From Phyllosticta citribraziliensis (Eukaryota): a stretch of DNA of 64,000 bases. Numbering within the stretch: position 1 is the stretch's first letter; every line of letters begins with the position of its first letter. Below are positions 23,532-36,135 of this stretch, piece after piece. The stretch spans positions 806,001-870,000 of the forward strand of contig NW_027117348.1 in assembly GCF_038025025.1 (NCBI RefSeq), in the 5' to 3' direction. The notes under the pieces were generated by a model. It was not told the origin of the DNA. It ran no database searches and saw only the letters and a program-made list of their open reading frames with translations. The translations under genes and the position numbers were made by a program.

Positions 23532-25951
23532 ATGCCTACCAGTACGGCTCAATCTCCTCCAAGCTCATCGCAGACTCCTGCCCCGGGCAAGTCGCTGCTG
23601 TCCCGAATAAAGTCCCCCTTTGCCTCCAAGGCTCGTTACATTGCCGAGTACTACATCAAGCCCGAAGACCCTCACCGCCAGTACTCGCCCGGAGACGTTG
23701 TCAAGGGCAGCGTCTTCCTCAAGGTCCTCAAGGCCATCCGCGTCACCCACATCGTCGTCTCTCTCCATGGATACGTTCAGGTCTACAAGAACCCAAACGC
23801 CGCCGGAGAAGGTTATCGCGCCCACTACTCGTCAGTCGCGTCGGGCAAAGGCAGCCGCCTCGGCGGCTACTTTGGCAATGGCTTCGCGACGCTTTTTGAG
23901 GACGAGGTCGTCCTCTGCGGTGAGGGTCGACTCGGGGAAGGCACATATCAATTCAATTTTGAATTGGAGTTCCCCAGCAAAGGGCTGCCGAGCAGCATCG
24001 ATGTGAGTCATGGAGCTATCTGGCCGAGGCTTGGTTGTACTGATCATTTGGCCAGTTCGAGAGAGGTACTGTTTCGTACATGCTGACCTCGACCATGACG
24101 CGACCAACTACAATTATGCCCACCGCATCGTGTGACCGAAAAGTTTACCTCATAGAAGCCATTGACATTGCGCCACTTTTGCAACCAAAGCCTCGGGTCG
24201 TTACCTTGGAAAGAGTTTCGCGCCGTTCAAAAACAAAAACAAAGTCCAAAAAGGGACAATCGTCCAGCGGAGATCAATCCACGCCACAGACCACCGAACA
24301 ATCGAGAAGTAGCCGGGTCTCAGAACTCAGCAGCCCCGCCGATGAAATCGAGGCACCAGGTAGCCCTGCGCCGAGCGACACTAGTTTTGACAGTCACTTT
24401 AGCAGCAGCAATGGGGGATCTTCGAATGCCTCCGGTCCACTTTCAACTAGAGCCGACACCGCAAAAACGGCTTCGTCGAGCAAAGCCGCCTTGCATGAGC
24501 CAAGCCCCATCACCGCGACGATTGAGCTTTTAAAGGCCGGCTTCCTCCGAGGAGACAGCATCCCGTTGAAAATATCGGTCAACCACACTAGGCATGTCTC
24601 GAGCCTTCGGGGCATCATAGTAACGCTCTACCGCCAGGCGAGGGTGGACATGCATCCCGCAATTCCAGTCGTGATGAATGCCAAGGGAGAGAATGTGTCG
24701 AGCGAGGATTACTATCCCAAATCCAAGACGGGACTCGGAGGTCTCTCCTTGTCCTCTGCCGGATCCAGCCATGTGTTTCGAAAAGATCTTTCCCAGTCCT
24801 TTGCGCCTCTCATTGTCGACCCTCGCACAAGGACTGCCGAAGTCAAGGCTTCTGTGCGCGTTCCGGATGAGGCTTTTCCCACCATCTCCTGCGTTCCTGG
24901 GGCCATGATTAGTTTCCGGTATTATGTCGAAGTCGTTGTTGATCTCCAGGGAAAACTCTCAGGTCTCGACAAATACTTTTCGAATTCGGGCATGATGATT
25001 ACGCTGCCCACTGCCTACGGTCCCACTCCAGGGCCCAATGGTGGTCCAGACGGGACAGGTGTTTTCTCTGCCTGGGGTGGTCATTTCCTCGACACGGAGC
25101 CTTTGCGCCGCGACAAGGGCGTTGTATCTTGCATCTTTGAGGTCATCGTTGGCACCAAGGATAGCGACAGGAGGAAAGGGAAGGGAAGGGCCGTCTTCGA
25201 AACGGATGTCGAGCCCAATTCGCAAACATGTGGGAGCCCACACGGCCAAGTTGGGCTTGAGCGAGAACAACAATTTCTCGCAGAATCTGGTTCCTCCGGG
25301 CACGACCTGCGCGACTATGCATACCAATCCATGGATGCACCGGAGTATCTAGAAGCCCCACATCCTTATGCTCATCCATTGTTCCCCGTACCGGACATGG
25401 TCGATGAGGACAATCTTCCGGAGAAGGAGCGACTTCGTCGCGCAGAGGAACGTTTGATGCCCAGCGCGCCGCCGCCGCCACCACCACCCGCGGATGCCGG
25501 TACCTCGACACCGTTCGGTCCTTCGGCACCAATTCTGCCAGAGGAAGTGCGACCTGGTCTCGCAATTCGCCTTGGCACTCGTGCAGGTTCTTTTACTTCC
25601 GGTGTCTCCCCTAGTATGCCTTCGGCTCCTCCGGTCGACGACCTGGGACCTCCTTCCGCTCCTCCCGAAACATTTGAGCCTGACGTTCCCAACTACGAGG
25701 TCGCCTCTGGCTCATCTGCAAATGGCCACCAACCTTCGCCAACTGACGATAAGCATGAACTACGGCGCCGACGCCTCGAGCAAGAGCGCAGTGCACCTGA
25801 AGCTTCTGATGAGGGAGCATCGCCAACAGGATCTCTGCCTACCGACGTCCGTACCACAGCTATCTTTGCGCCGTCGGCGCCGGTACTGTCGGAAGAGGAG
25901 TATGTTTTTGACACAGCACATTCAGCGGATTTGCCACGCTATGAAAGATGA
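23532..25951 (+). CDS. palF: pH-response arrestin PalF/Rim8
   Basis: Arrestin N domain (YYIKPEDPHRQYSPGDVVKG, ATLFEDEVVLCGEGRL, LPSSID|FERGTVSYMLTSTMTRP), arrestin C domain (YYPKSKTGLGGLSLS, FPTISCVPGAMISFRYYVEV), EKERLRRAEERLMPSAP, several PSAP motifs and terminal LPRYER. Intron 24003-24055. Confidence 0.93.
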
Positions 25952-27014
25952 ACAAAGTTTCAGGGCGTTCGGGTGTTTTTCTCATCGCACGCCATTCATC
26001 ACAGGACACGACACAGCGTTGACGCAGGAGTTTTTGGATCGGATTGAACGGATTCGGATACGCCGCATTGGGCATGAATTTTGTTGTGGGCATATCTTGA
26101 GTCACGTCGCTGCCACTGCATGTCATTATGGTGGATGCTGTTTCATCTTGTCTGCCCACACTGGCTGCGATCTTTCTTCATTTTATTTTCCTCTCTGGTA
26201 GGAGTTGGCGTGTTATACCCTGGTGCGCACGAAGAGTGACGGGTTGGATACTGCTCGGACTTGTATTAGCAAGCGATTGAACAAGCGAATAAGCGGGCGA
26301 GCATTTATTTACCTACTCGGTAAATTTACAAACAAGCAAAATTCTCAAATGAGTCTCTAACGTCTCGATTTTTCCGGTGTAGTTGTGAAGTGCTCGTCCA
26401 TCTTCGAATACCCGCCTCTTGCATGCCCCCCACGGCCAACAACCTACGGACGGGTACATGCTCGCCAACGACCTCACAGGTACCCCTCAATCCATGTCCC
26501 TACTCGAGGTGGGTACTGAAGCGCTTGCCCCACTCCCAGTCAGCCGGCGTCCGTCGTTTCAATGCGCAAGCGCTTGGAAGGGGCATGCAGTCCGAAACTT
26601 CCCTACGGAGCGGCGACAAACGCTCGTGGATGTGTGGAGGAATGCAATCAAGTCCTCTCTCCCTGTCTCCGTACCTAACTACAGTACGCGCCGGCTTAAA
26701 TAGACACGCATGCAACCAGTGTACCACAGCGCAGTGACACCCACCGCAGCATGCTGAGATGCGGCGGCAACGGAGGTTGTGCGTCTTTCAGTCGGCCTTT
26801 TGCACGTCTTGCCCCATTTAGCCGCGATTGTGTTGTTGCGTCTTTTTATTCTTTAGCCCGCAGCCTGTCTTTTGGGATGGGGCCGCGTAGAGAACTGTCT
26901 AGGAAGAGGGTGAAGAGGATTGGGAAGGTCCAAGGCTATGAAGATGGAGGCTATTCCCAGAGCATTGGCTGGCGGAGAACCTACCTCACACGAAACGCAA
27001 CCGCGAACGCTTTG

Positions 27015-27035
27015 AAAAAAAAAAAAAAAAAAAAA
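27015..27035. repeat. A21 homopolymer
   Basis: Read directly; no upstream retro-copy body or TSD recognised. Confidence 0.85.
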
Positions 27036-28385
27036 CACATATAAAAAAAATGGACTGGCTGAATGATGTTTTGGACACTTCCTGCTGCCGGTTAACTTGG
27101 GTTTCGAGCTTCGGCTCCACAGAAGCGCCAACCCCTGGCTATGAGGCATCCAAGACGGCGCCGCTTTGAAGCGCTTCTGCCGTGGTCTCGTCGAGGGTCT
27201 TGTTGACGATGCTGGCGGACGAGGGAGTCAACCGCCGGCGGCTTCCTTCTCCAGACCAGGCAGCCGCCGCATACGAGCGCCTTTTTTTCCAATTCAGCCT
27301 TGCGTGCACCCACCCGTCCATGCCAGGGCCCATGGCCTGCGCGGAGCGACCATCCAGTCGCGGCGATTGCTGCAGCACTTCTGGCAGCGCGTTCTAAAGT
27401 TGTGGTTGGACCGCTGACTTACCCACCTCTAGCACTTTGAGCACCACCTCTAAGCGCCTGTTGGCCCGTGCGTCATGGTTGCGGGCCTGCCCTTTGCCAA
27501 TGTCACCGTCTGATTCGCGGCCAACGGGGTTCCTGGACGACGTGACGAGATGTGGTTGCAGCGCCTAAATGCTTGATCTTCACAGGCGCAACGGGGCTTT
27601 GAGCTTGGTAGTTTTTGCCATTGGTTGGCGCCGATGCCGTCGTACGGGAAGGTTGCAGATCTCTGGCACAGGGGTACCCCCGTTGTTAGAGAAGCATTGC
27701 TGGGAAGCGGTCCCGTTTAGGCAAGGAATGCTGGGTTCCACGTGCTTGCTCCAAGCTGATGAACAGATGGCCGAACAAGAGACAAAAACAAAGCGGTTGA
27801 AGGTCCAGCGCCGCCATGAAGACAGTCATTCGCAATTAAAAGTGTATTGACCCAAAGTACCTCGCAACCAAACACGCTTGATATGCAAATCAACAGACGC
27901 CTTCAATTGCCCTTTCTTATGCCATAGGCATGACCTGATGCTTATACCAAACCCGAGATGAGAAAACCAGACACCGCTTCTTGCACATCGTGAACTGAGA
28001 CCTCGTGACTATTACTCATCCTTGCTGAAACATAGCATAGGGAGGGGTTAGAAATGATAGGCTGGCAAAACCCCGACTGCGTAGGCACATGAATTCGTCG
28101 CAAAAGTCCAGGACATGGAAGAGAGCCGCTGCCGATTGCAACAGCGGTCAAGTCGTAGGTGTCACCGGGACACTGATCCGTCTAGATTTCCCAGCGCGTA
28201 GTCCACCCATCCGTCACGGTTGCGTCCCTCAGCACAGGCAAGAGGCAGCGACGAGTAACGTGGTCGTAGATCGTCGGGTGGGGACGAATGTACGGATTCC
28301 TGACTTCAGCCGGCCGGCCGGGGTGTTGGCGCTTGTCTTCTGCAATCCGAGACAGCTCGATATTTCGAAAGACTCAAGCTTGGCT

Positions 28386-29132
28386 CTATTTGATCCGCCT
28401 CTTTTTGCCTTTGGGTGCTGGGTCCAGGGTCGCAACGTTTCGTTCTTCAGTCGGTGTGCGCGAATACGTCACTGTCCTTGTGACGACCTGCCTGACGCTC
28501 ACAGCACGGTTCGTCGAGCCATCGTTCTCTCTACTCGTCATGGTCAAGCCACTTGGGCTCAGCGCGACGGCGTACGGAGAACGGAGTGATCTTGCGCTTA
28601 TAGGCGATCGCACGCTTGCTGAAAGCGGGCTTGGAGGAATCCGAAGACGTGGAGCGCGCGCGGACATTGGCCGTACAAATGGAGATGGCGGGGGGATCGT
28701 GACTCGCATCTCTCCCTTGGCCTTTGTCGTTGCAGATGACAGGGCCGTTTCCTTGGGGGAGTTGGTCTTGTCTGCAGTGCAGGCAGAATCTGAGGTGGAG
28801 GTCGACTTTTGCGGATTTTCGCTTGTTTCTGAGGGCGCTGAGGTAGGTTGTGTCGAAGTGGAAGAGGCCGAAGTTGTCCTCGACGTTGTCGGCCTGTCGT
28901 CGAAATTGAACCTGGAGCTGGTGGTCGAAGAGACGGGGCTCATAAGGACGGGAGAGAAGGTCTTGAGGAAGTCGACATAGGCGGCAGGCGGTGTGATGGG
29001 AGTCTTTTCTCCTTCTTCGTGTTTGAGGAGGGTGGGAGTGAGAACGGCAGGACTGCTGATCTCCGAGGGGTAGGTGGCGGAGACGGGCGTCTTCAAGGCC
29101 AGGGTGGGCTTGGTGGTGGTCGTGGCGGCCAT
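28386..29132 (-). CDS. Hypothetical Ser/Thr/Pro-rich protein with C-terminal NLS-like motif (248 aa)
   Basis: Intronless ORF with good start context (GTC ATG GCC). Motif-like islands KTPITPPAAYVDFLK, PRLRIPPSP, VSVRQVVTRTVTY and LDPAPKGKKRRIK resemble a conserved Pezizomycotina hypothetical protein (from memory, unverified). Confidence 0.8.
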   Translation of the reverse strand: MAATTTTKPTLALKTPVSATYPSEISSPAVLTPTLLKHEEGEKTPITPPAAYVDFLKTFSPVLMSPVSSTTSSRFNFDDRPTTSRTTSASSTSTQPTSAPSETSENPQKSTSTSDSACTADKTNSPKETALSSATTKAKGEMRVTIPPPSPFVRPMSARAPRLRIPPSPLSASVRSPISARSLRSPYAVALSPSGLTMTSRENDGSTNRAVSVRQVVTRTVTYSRTPTEERNVATLDPAPKGKKRRIK

Positions 29133-29384
29133 GACGGAGGGTGGGCTGGGGGTTGGGGAGGAGGACGAGGCCCGGACAGGCTGAGAGATATGTATTGTTG
29201 GTTGTTGATGGTACAGGTAGCAGAGCGGGGTTGGTCCGTGCGAGCTGACACCGGCCAGCGCTTATGCAGTTGCTGATGAGGGTGAAGGTCCCTGGGCTCT
29301 GCGTACCCTCGAGGCCAATGACCGTGTCCATGACCGCCGTGGCTGACGCGCCCACTACGCGCGCGCCCCCTCTGCGACCAATTG

Positions 29385-31838
29385 TCACTCGTCCGCTCCA
29401 CGACACACTGGGCGCACCGCATCGCCGACCTTGACCGTGGCATACTGGGCCTGCCTTGATCGCGAGTCGCCCAAACGCACATGGCATGCGTGCTGCCCAA
29501 AAAAGACCTTGCCATTGAAGCGCCGTGTCTTTGCCAGCGTCACAAACGGCTCCTCGTCCTTGACTGCCGTCTGCTGATCGATGCAAACCATCTGACACCG
29601 GCGGCACCGGCCCAGGAGCTCAAAGAGCTGCTCTCCAATCTTGACGTACTGCCACTCGTCTTCAGCGTATGGTTTTTCGCGCCCAGGCACACTCTGCAGG
29701 CTCTCGGCTATCACCACATTCGCCCTAAACACTTCTGCCTCTGCCGCCTTGCCGCCGCTGGACTTGATTTGCTCGTTCAATCGGTTCAGACTGGACCTCG
29801 AAATGACGAGGATGGGGCTCTCATTTGATAGGAGTATCGGTCTCGAAACTCCCTTTTGCGAGAATCCTTGAAGATGCGCTTTCGAGTGCCTCATGGACGC
29901 GCCTGTCCTACTGGCGACCGGAAAGCGTGCTAGTTGGCATTCGACGCCAAGAACGCTGCTGAAGAAGTCGGCTATCTTTTTCGATGAATACCGTTGGGCT
30001 GGAATCGTATCTCCGCACACCTTCGTTGTGCTTGACTTTGGAAACTCGCTCACAAAGTATGAGGGGTCTGCAGATAAAGGGACACTGATCTCGGGAGGCT
30101 TGAATGGCCGTGGCATTTCGCCACAGTATCGCACTCGCAGGCAACCTCGTTCGACGTCGATAGTGGGAAGAATCAGAGCCATCTTCGGGTATCGCTTTTG
30201 GCTGAGGGCGACTCCAGTACCTTGGTGAACCAAGCACCATTCGCGATCCCAAACTAGTCCCTCCTTTCGGATTTCCCACTCCTGTCCAGGCGGTACCTTC
30301 CAGCCAGCACAACTCTTGATGGGATAGATGGTTAAACTCTCCACCGCGAACGTCCCGTGCTCCGAAGTTTGCGAGTGGGGAGGACCGGGTAGCCCAAGGG
30401 ATTGCGGCTTTTCGTCCACGAAGAATTCTTTCACAAAGTTGACGAAGCGTTGCACGTCCGACTTCGTGCTCGAAGCTCCAAGACTGACGCGTATCATCCC
30501 CGTAGGTTTTCCGCCAAATATGTCATCTTCGCCCCCGCATCTTTGACCTGCCGAGAAGTTGTCCTTCATCTCCCAGGGCGAGAGGTCCAGGTGTGACGCG
30601 ATTCCGCCGGGATTGCAAAGACCCCCCGTTCGCAATTGAATATTCTTGATAGAAGCCAATCTCTCGACTTCAAAGTTGCTGATCCAGGCGTCTTGGCTGT
30701 TGCGGATATTGAAAGCAACAATTGGACCTTGGGCCTGGGAGCTTTCGTAGCTGTGTGGCGAGGAATACATCTGACAGACTCGCATCTGGTTTGCGTGCCT
30801 AAGAGCAGACAATCCATCATGCAAGGCCTTGGCCAAAAACATCGTGTGGCTAGATACCATGTCCAAGCCACCAAAAAGATCATGGTGGATGTCCAAGGCA
30901 GCGTGAAGGGCCATGATGTTGTGCAAGGGCAACGTGCCGTCTTCGAGCTGGTCGTGCAATGAATCAGTTTTCCGGGCATGCCATTGCTCTTTCAAGCTGA
31001 GGACCATGTCAACCGTTCCGCCTCCAAAATACCGTCGATTTTGAAAAACATGGCCTGCGGCCTTGCGGATAATGAGGGCTCCCAGGTCAGGGAATCCAAA
31101 GATTTTGTACAAGCTTAAAACCGTGAAATCCGGGGCGGTTTCAACGTCACTGAAGTCCAGTGGAGTTGTCGAAACGAATGCAGCTGCGTCAAGCAGAGTA
31201 TATGTTGCTTCATGGGGGCTCCGCCCGGTGGAGCGGGCCCGTGAGCACCATTCAAGCGGCAAACGACGACCGTTCATATTGGATTGCGCAGGGTACGCAA
31301 AGAGCTCAGGTACTTGGGCAGCTTGAACTTTCTTCATCTGTCTGTCCACCAGCCATTCTTCGACCTCGCTGTCAGACGCGAAGCAGTGGTGTTGGTTGGC
31401 GCACTCTCGAACGCCAACCAAACTCGTATGGGAATCTGCATGGTACAAGTATGAAAAGCCTTGAGGGAGATCTCGGAATGCCTCCAGAACAAGTTTGATG
31501 CCTGATGTCGCGTTGGCAACAAAGACGACGTCGAAGTCGTCGGGGTTGGCATGGAACAACTGCAACAGGTGCAAACGAGCGTCATCAATCCGATTTGTTG
31601 ATCTTTGAGACGAACTGGACGCTGAGTGAGGGTTCCCATACAAATTGGACACCATGTCGGCAGCAAAGCGCTCTATTAGTGATTTTGGGTACAGCGCAGT
31701 ACCGGCATGGTCGAGGTAGATTGTGTCTGGACATCGGACGAATTAGTGTTTCTGAGGAAGCCTGTCAACATTTGATGGCTTACCACGCAGCATGGGGAAT
31801 TCTCTCTCGCGGAGATCTTCCACTCGCGGGTTGTACAT
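29385..31838 (-). CDS. hxB: Molybdenum cofactor sulfurase (NifS-like PLP domain + MOSC)
   Basis: MYNPRVEDLREREFPMLR|DTIYLDHAGT, LYGNPHSAS, YPAQSNMNG, LLDAAAF, SLYKIFGFPDLGAL, LRTGGLCNPGG, MOSC IYPIKSC..WDREW, FRANVV, CRRCQMVCIDQ. Intron 31783..31727. The start could lie at 31967. Confidence 0.95.
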
Positions 31839-32824
31839 GTCGGTGATATCAGCTACGCTGGAGCACCGTCCCGATGTTGGAGAGCCAGAAATGTATGGAA
31901 AGTCCGAATCACCCGTTCACCCACAATCGTCAAGGAAATTCGGAGGCCTGCGGATGAAGACGTCCATTTGTGTAAAGCGATAAAGGAGGAATGCACGCGT
32001 TGAGACGTAGAGATGTGGCGAGCATCGGTCGGGACCGAGCACCAGGAGTGGCAGTCAAAGGAAGAGGACCGCCGCCGGAACGGGCACAGACGTTCGGAGG
32101 GCCGCGCGACTCATCTGGGACAGGACCGAGTTCAGAAGTGGTGGATGGGTGGAAAATACGATGGAGGCCTGTCAAGAGTGGGGTGGTTAATCGTTCAATC
32201 AGGGCGCTGAGCGATGCGCAACAGGTACGAGGCACAAGACCGCCCCGGCTAGTGAAGCTCTTAGTAAGCGCCTTGATTCCGATGAGGTAAGTGGTCGTGC
32301 ACGCTTCCGTCGGATGTGGGCCGCGCCTCGACGCGCACTAGCACGATAAGCCCTTTGAAGACCAGATTCCCATTTCCATTTGATTCATGTCTACAAGCTA
32401 CCTGCTTCCGAGCTTTGAGAGCAGAGTAAGGCTGCTCGAGCCATTCCCTTGAAGCACTCCCCATGAGCTCAACGGGCTGCAGCTCGCTCGAGTGCCCTTG
32501 TTCTCGCCATCGGCGACCTCCGCTTTTGATGCACTCGTGTGCCGCATCCCATCCCTTTCAGCTTAAGCCATTGATATGCAATGAGCAAAAGGCCTGAGAT
32601 GTTTGTCTGGGCTGTGAAGGGGGGTTTTTTTTTTTTTTTGTCGTCTTTTCTTTTCGGTTTTGTTTTTTAGGGATTTTCCATTTTCGGGTATCTTTTTTCT
32701 TTTTCCTGGTCTTGAAATGTGGGTGAGGGTGGTGGGTGGTGGTTGTGTATTTGAAAGGAAGAGGATGGTGGAAGGAGTCATTGAATGTCCATTTTGCACT
32801 CCACAGTTCCAGTCTCTGATGCGA

Positions 32825-34719
32825 TCAAATCCATGTCTCTTCAGCGGTCGTCCCTGAACCTCCCCCTGTAGATTCTGGTTCCAAGCAGATCTTCTTCATC
32901 GGGGTAACAGTCGAGGTTGATGCTGGTTTGCAAGCCCTCAGTGTGCTGATGGTGGTTGAACCTCGCGGGCATGCGGGACGGGCCACGGTGAGAGAAGGTG
33001 CAGCTGGGTCCATTGCGGCAGTAGCCCTGTTCCCAGTAGCGGCATGGGATGGTGGTACTTTGTTGGTATGGTCAGCATCGCGTACCCTACATTCTCAAGG
33101 TAATGATTCACTCACAGCTGAGGAGTGGTCGTGGCCCAGCTAGGAGCATGGCCCTCGGTAAGCGATTCCACAGTGCCAGAGTTGTCGACGGCCTCGCCTC
33201 GGAGCACGGTACTGACTTGGTCTGCAATGGTCGTTATTGTAAGTCTGTTGAGGCAGTGAGGTCTCCAAGTTGTCTTCATACACAATTCCGCCTACAGAAT
33301 ACAGCTCGGTCTTCACCATCCGATGTTCCGCCTCTTACGAGGCATCAGGCAGGAGGTCTCCTACCTTTGGTCATGGTGCGGACGACACGAGCTGAGATTG
33401 GCCATCCGAAAAGACACTCGCGATCAATCCAGATGGCAATGCGGCCGGCCTCTTGCTCGTTCTCTGCTTCCACAAGCGCGTAGCTGGGGCGAGAGCCTTG
33501 GAAGCTGTAGACGGTGATGTCCTCACTGCGAGTCATTAAATCAGCAATTGATACACTAGCCTGGGCGGGTCACACACAGAGAAACCTTCGCGCTGGCCTG
33601 GGTGACGAGCATATCGCGAACATCGGTTTTGCTGGTGCCAGGAGGAACGTTGGCAAGGCAGACTCGACGGCCAGAGTCGTCGGAGAAGCGTGCAAGGCCT
33701 TCTTCCCCGTTGCTCACCACCGCCTTCGACGACGCAGGAGGGGTAAGATCGTCGGTCTTCGGAGAGACAATCGATTTGTTTTCCTTTTCCTTGTCCTTCA
33801 GCTTCACACCAGACGGCTCAGGCCTACCATGAAAGTCCGAATTCTGCTTCTGAGGCTCGGAGCGAACCATCTTGACCGCTGGGACCGTGGCAAGCCTTTC
33901 CTTGGAAGGAGCCTGGTAAGACTGACCAAGAAGGGATTTGCCAGCGTGGTTGTCTTGGGTGGGCTTCGTAACGGAGAAGGGATGGGCAGCAGGGTCGCTC
34001 TGGGTCTTGGGGCCGTTCGTGACTTCACCTCCTTGGTTGCCCATTCCCGGGCTGGCGCGGACCATAGTCACGGCTGGCAGCTTGGCGAACTTCTCGTTGG
34101 AGGGCGGCTTGTAGGACTGGCCGAGGAGAGAGTGGCTAGCCGGGGGCTTGCCGCTGCCGGTCGGCGCATAGAACGAAGCGACTGGAGGAGCCATGGGTTT
34201 GGATGTGTGCTTGGATCCTCGGCGACGAGTGTCCTCTTCACTGACGTGGTTGGAGGAAAAGTGCTACGCAGTCCAAAAATTAGCTTGATCGTGCGCCGTG
34301 CGCCAGAGATGATTGAGCTTACCTGTGAGAAGCCGGGCGATGCAGCAGGGCAGCGCTTGGGAGGTGGATTGGTGGTCTGCTGGGTTGAGAGGTGCGGGCT
34401 GTGGGAAAGTGCGCCCACGTTGTGTTCTGGGGAAGCGCACAATGTGTCTTTAGCGAAGCGACTACTCGATGAGGATCGATGTTGTAGCAACGCACCTGAG
34501 GTTTGGTTGCGAGAGGTTCCAAAACCTGCAGGAACCCGGGGCCTGTTTCCGTGGGGAATTCGAGGTCTCGGCATTGTGCCCTCCTCGCGGATCTGACCTG
34601 ACGGCGGCGATGTCAGATCGTGGGTCTGGGGTTGCCGAGACGATGGAGATGGAGGCTCGGCAGGTCAGGCAGTGAATGGCTGGCGGTGTGGTGGTGCTTG
34701 TAGCCAAATGGGGGAGCAT
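32825..34719 (-). CDS. Putative multi-exon protein with a divergent RRM and a duplicated 25-aa motif
   Basis: RRVCLANVPPGTSKTDVRDML..AKVS|LEDITVYSFQGSRPSYALVEAENEQEAGRIAIWIDRECLFGWPISARV fits RNP2/RNP1 spacing after removing an intron at about 33577..33527. Further donor-like sites (GTAAGC, GTGCGT, GTGAGT) are present. Gene ends and exon joins are uncertain. Confidence 0.5.
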
Positions 34720-35457
34720 TTAAGGCAGGAACGATTGAGTTCCTGATGCCTGTCTCAGCACTCATCTTCTGCCAGCTTGGAAGAACCGCAGCGTGAGCTA
34801 GGCTTCTCTTTTCAGCTTCCAGGAGTCTCACAGCTCAGTTATGAGCATTCTCGAAACTGTGGATCTCACTATCGATCTTGTGATTAGCAAATGAACTATT
34901 ACTTGGAGTCACTCCAGCTCTGACCTGATCTTGAGCAGAAGCCAGGGTAGACATTATAGATCTCAGCTCCCTTTTGATCAAGTGGCCATATTGCTAGGGA
35001 TGGATAAGACTGCTTACAGGGCGTCTCGTGCTCTCCTGCTCCTGTGATTTTTCCAGAGGGTACATACTCACGAGCCGCGAGCTCTGTCCATGTCCCATCC
35101 AGATTTACTGCGATTTGACTAGGCAGTGGGGTTGCTCACTTTCGTCTCATTACGACCGAGCTTGGGAAGAGCGTTGATTAATTGTCGAGTTGAATAAGAG
35201 CAGGGCCAAGGGTCGCCCGTCAGATGAATCTCAAGAGGGCTTTCAGTTCGACGTCAGTGCGCAAACGATAAGTTGGAAAGTCCACATCTCTCTGCCACAA
35301 CATATGCAAAGCAAGACCGGTTCATCAAATAACCTAGAACGTGCCTTAATCGCGGCGGGATATCTCTACCGAAGGAAAGCATCTGGCTTACTGCACGATT
35401 CGCCGTGCTCTCGACCCACACCAGGTGTTGGTCGGTGAAAGACTTGGCAATGCATAC

Positions 35458-36135
35458 TCATTGCCTTTTCTTGGACTCCTTGCCCTTCTTTTTCTCTTCG
35501 GCTACTCTGTCCATCTCGGCAATTTCGGCGTCCTCTTTCCGTTGCGCATACCATTGTCCAGCTTGCAGGACAAGCACGCCCACAAGTACCAGCGCCAGGA
35601 TCGTGTTACTGGCGGCAAGGACTCGCAAACTGTCCTCCCGCCCAACGTATTCCGCATCATCCGATCCAGCCCCATCGCTTTCGGTGGAACCACCTGGGCC
35701 GTACGTCCCCGCAGTAACAATTCTTAGTCCCTTGACAATGTTGGTGATGTACACAATGACACCACACATGTACAGGACAAGACTTGCGCCGTCGAAGAGC
35801 ATGTTGGCCTCGGACGGTTTGTACAGTTTGGTGATAAACCCGAGCAATCCGGTGCCAATGACAATGTGGAGAATGCGACTGATTATGGGCGGCGATGCGT
35901 GCAGGAACTTGAGGTGGTCTTCGAGCAGGCTGAAGTAGACCTCGCGCGAGTCCGGGGGCTGGGGTACATGCCAAAGGACATTGTAGTCGTAGGGGAAAGA
36001 AGAGAACAGGATGCCGAGGAAGAAGCAAGTGGCTACGCAGAATGGACCTGTCAGTATGTGGACACAAGACTTGGGCGACCAATACTTACGGCAGACGATG
36101 AGGAACGTCGCGAACGAATTTGATTTTGCGCCCAT
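35458..36135 (-). CDS. SHR3: ER membrane chaperone for amino-acid permeases (Shr3/Psh3)
   Basis: SFATFLIVC|PTCFFLGILFSSFPYDYNVLW, KLYKPSEANMLFDGASLVLY, REDSLRVLAASNTILALVLVGVLVLQAGQWYA, charged tail. A 57-nt in-frame intron lies at 36089..36033 (GTAAGT, ACTGAC, TAG). Confidence 0.93.
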   Translation of the reverse strand: MGAKSNSFATFLIVCRKYWSPKSCVHILTGPFCVATCFFLGILFSSFPYDYNVLWHVPQPPDSREVYFSLLEDHLKFLHASPPIISRILHIVIGTGLLGFITKLYKPSEANMLFDGASLVLYMCGVIVYITNIVKGLRIVTAGTYGPGGSTESDGAGSDDAEYVGREDSLRVLAASNTILALVLVGVLVLQAGQWYAQRKEDAEIAEMDRVAEEKKKGKESKKRQ

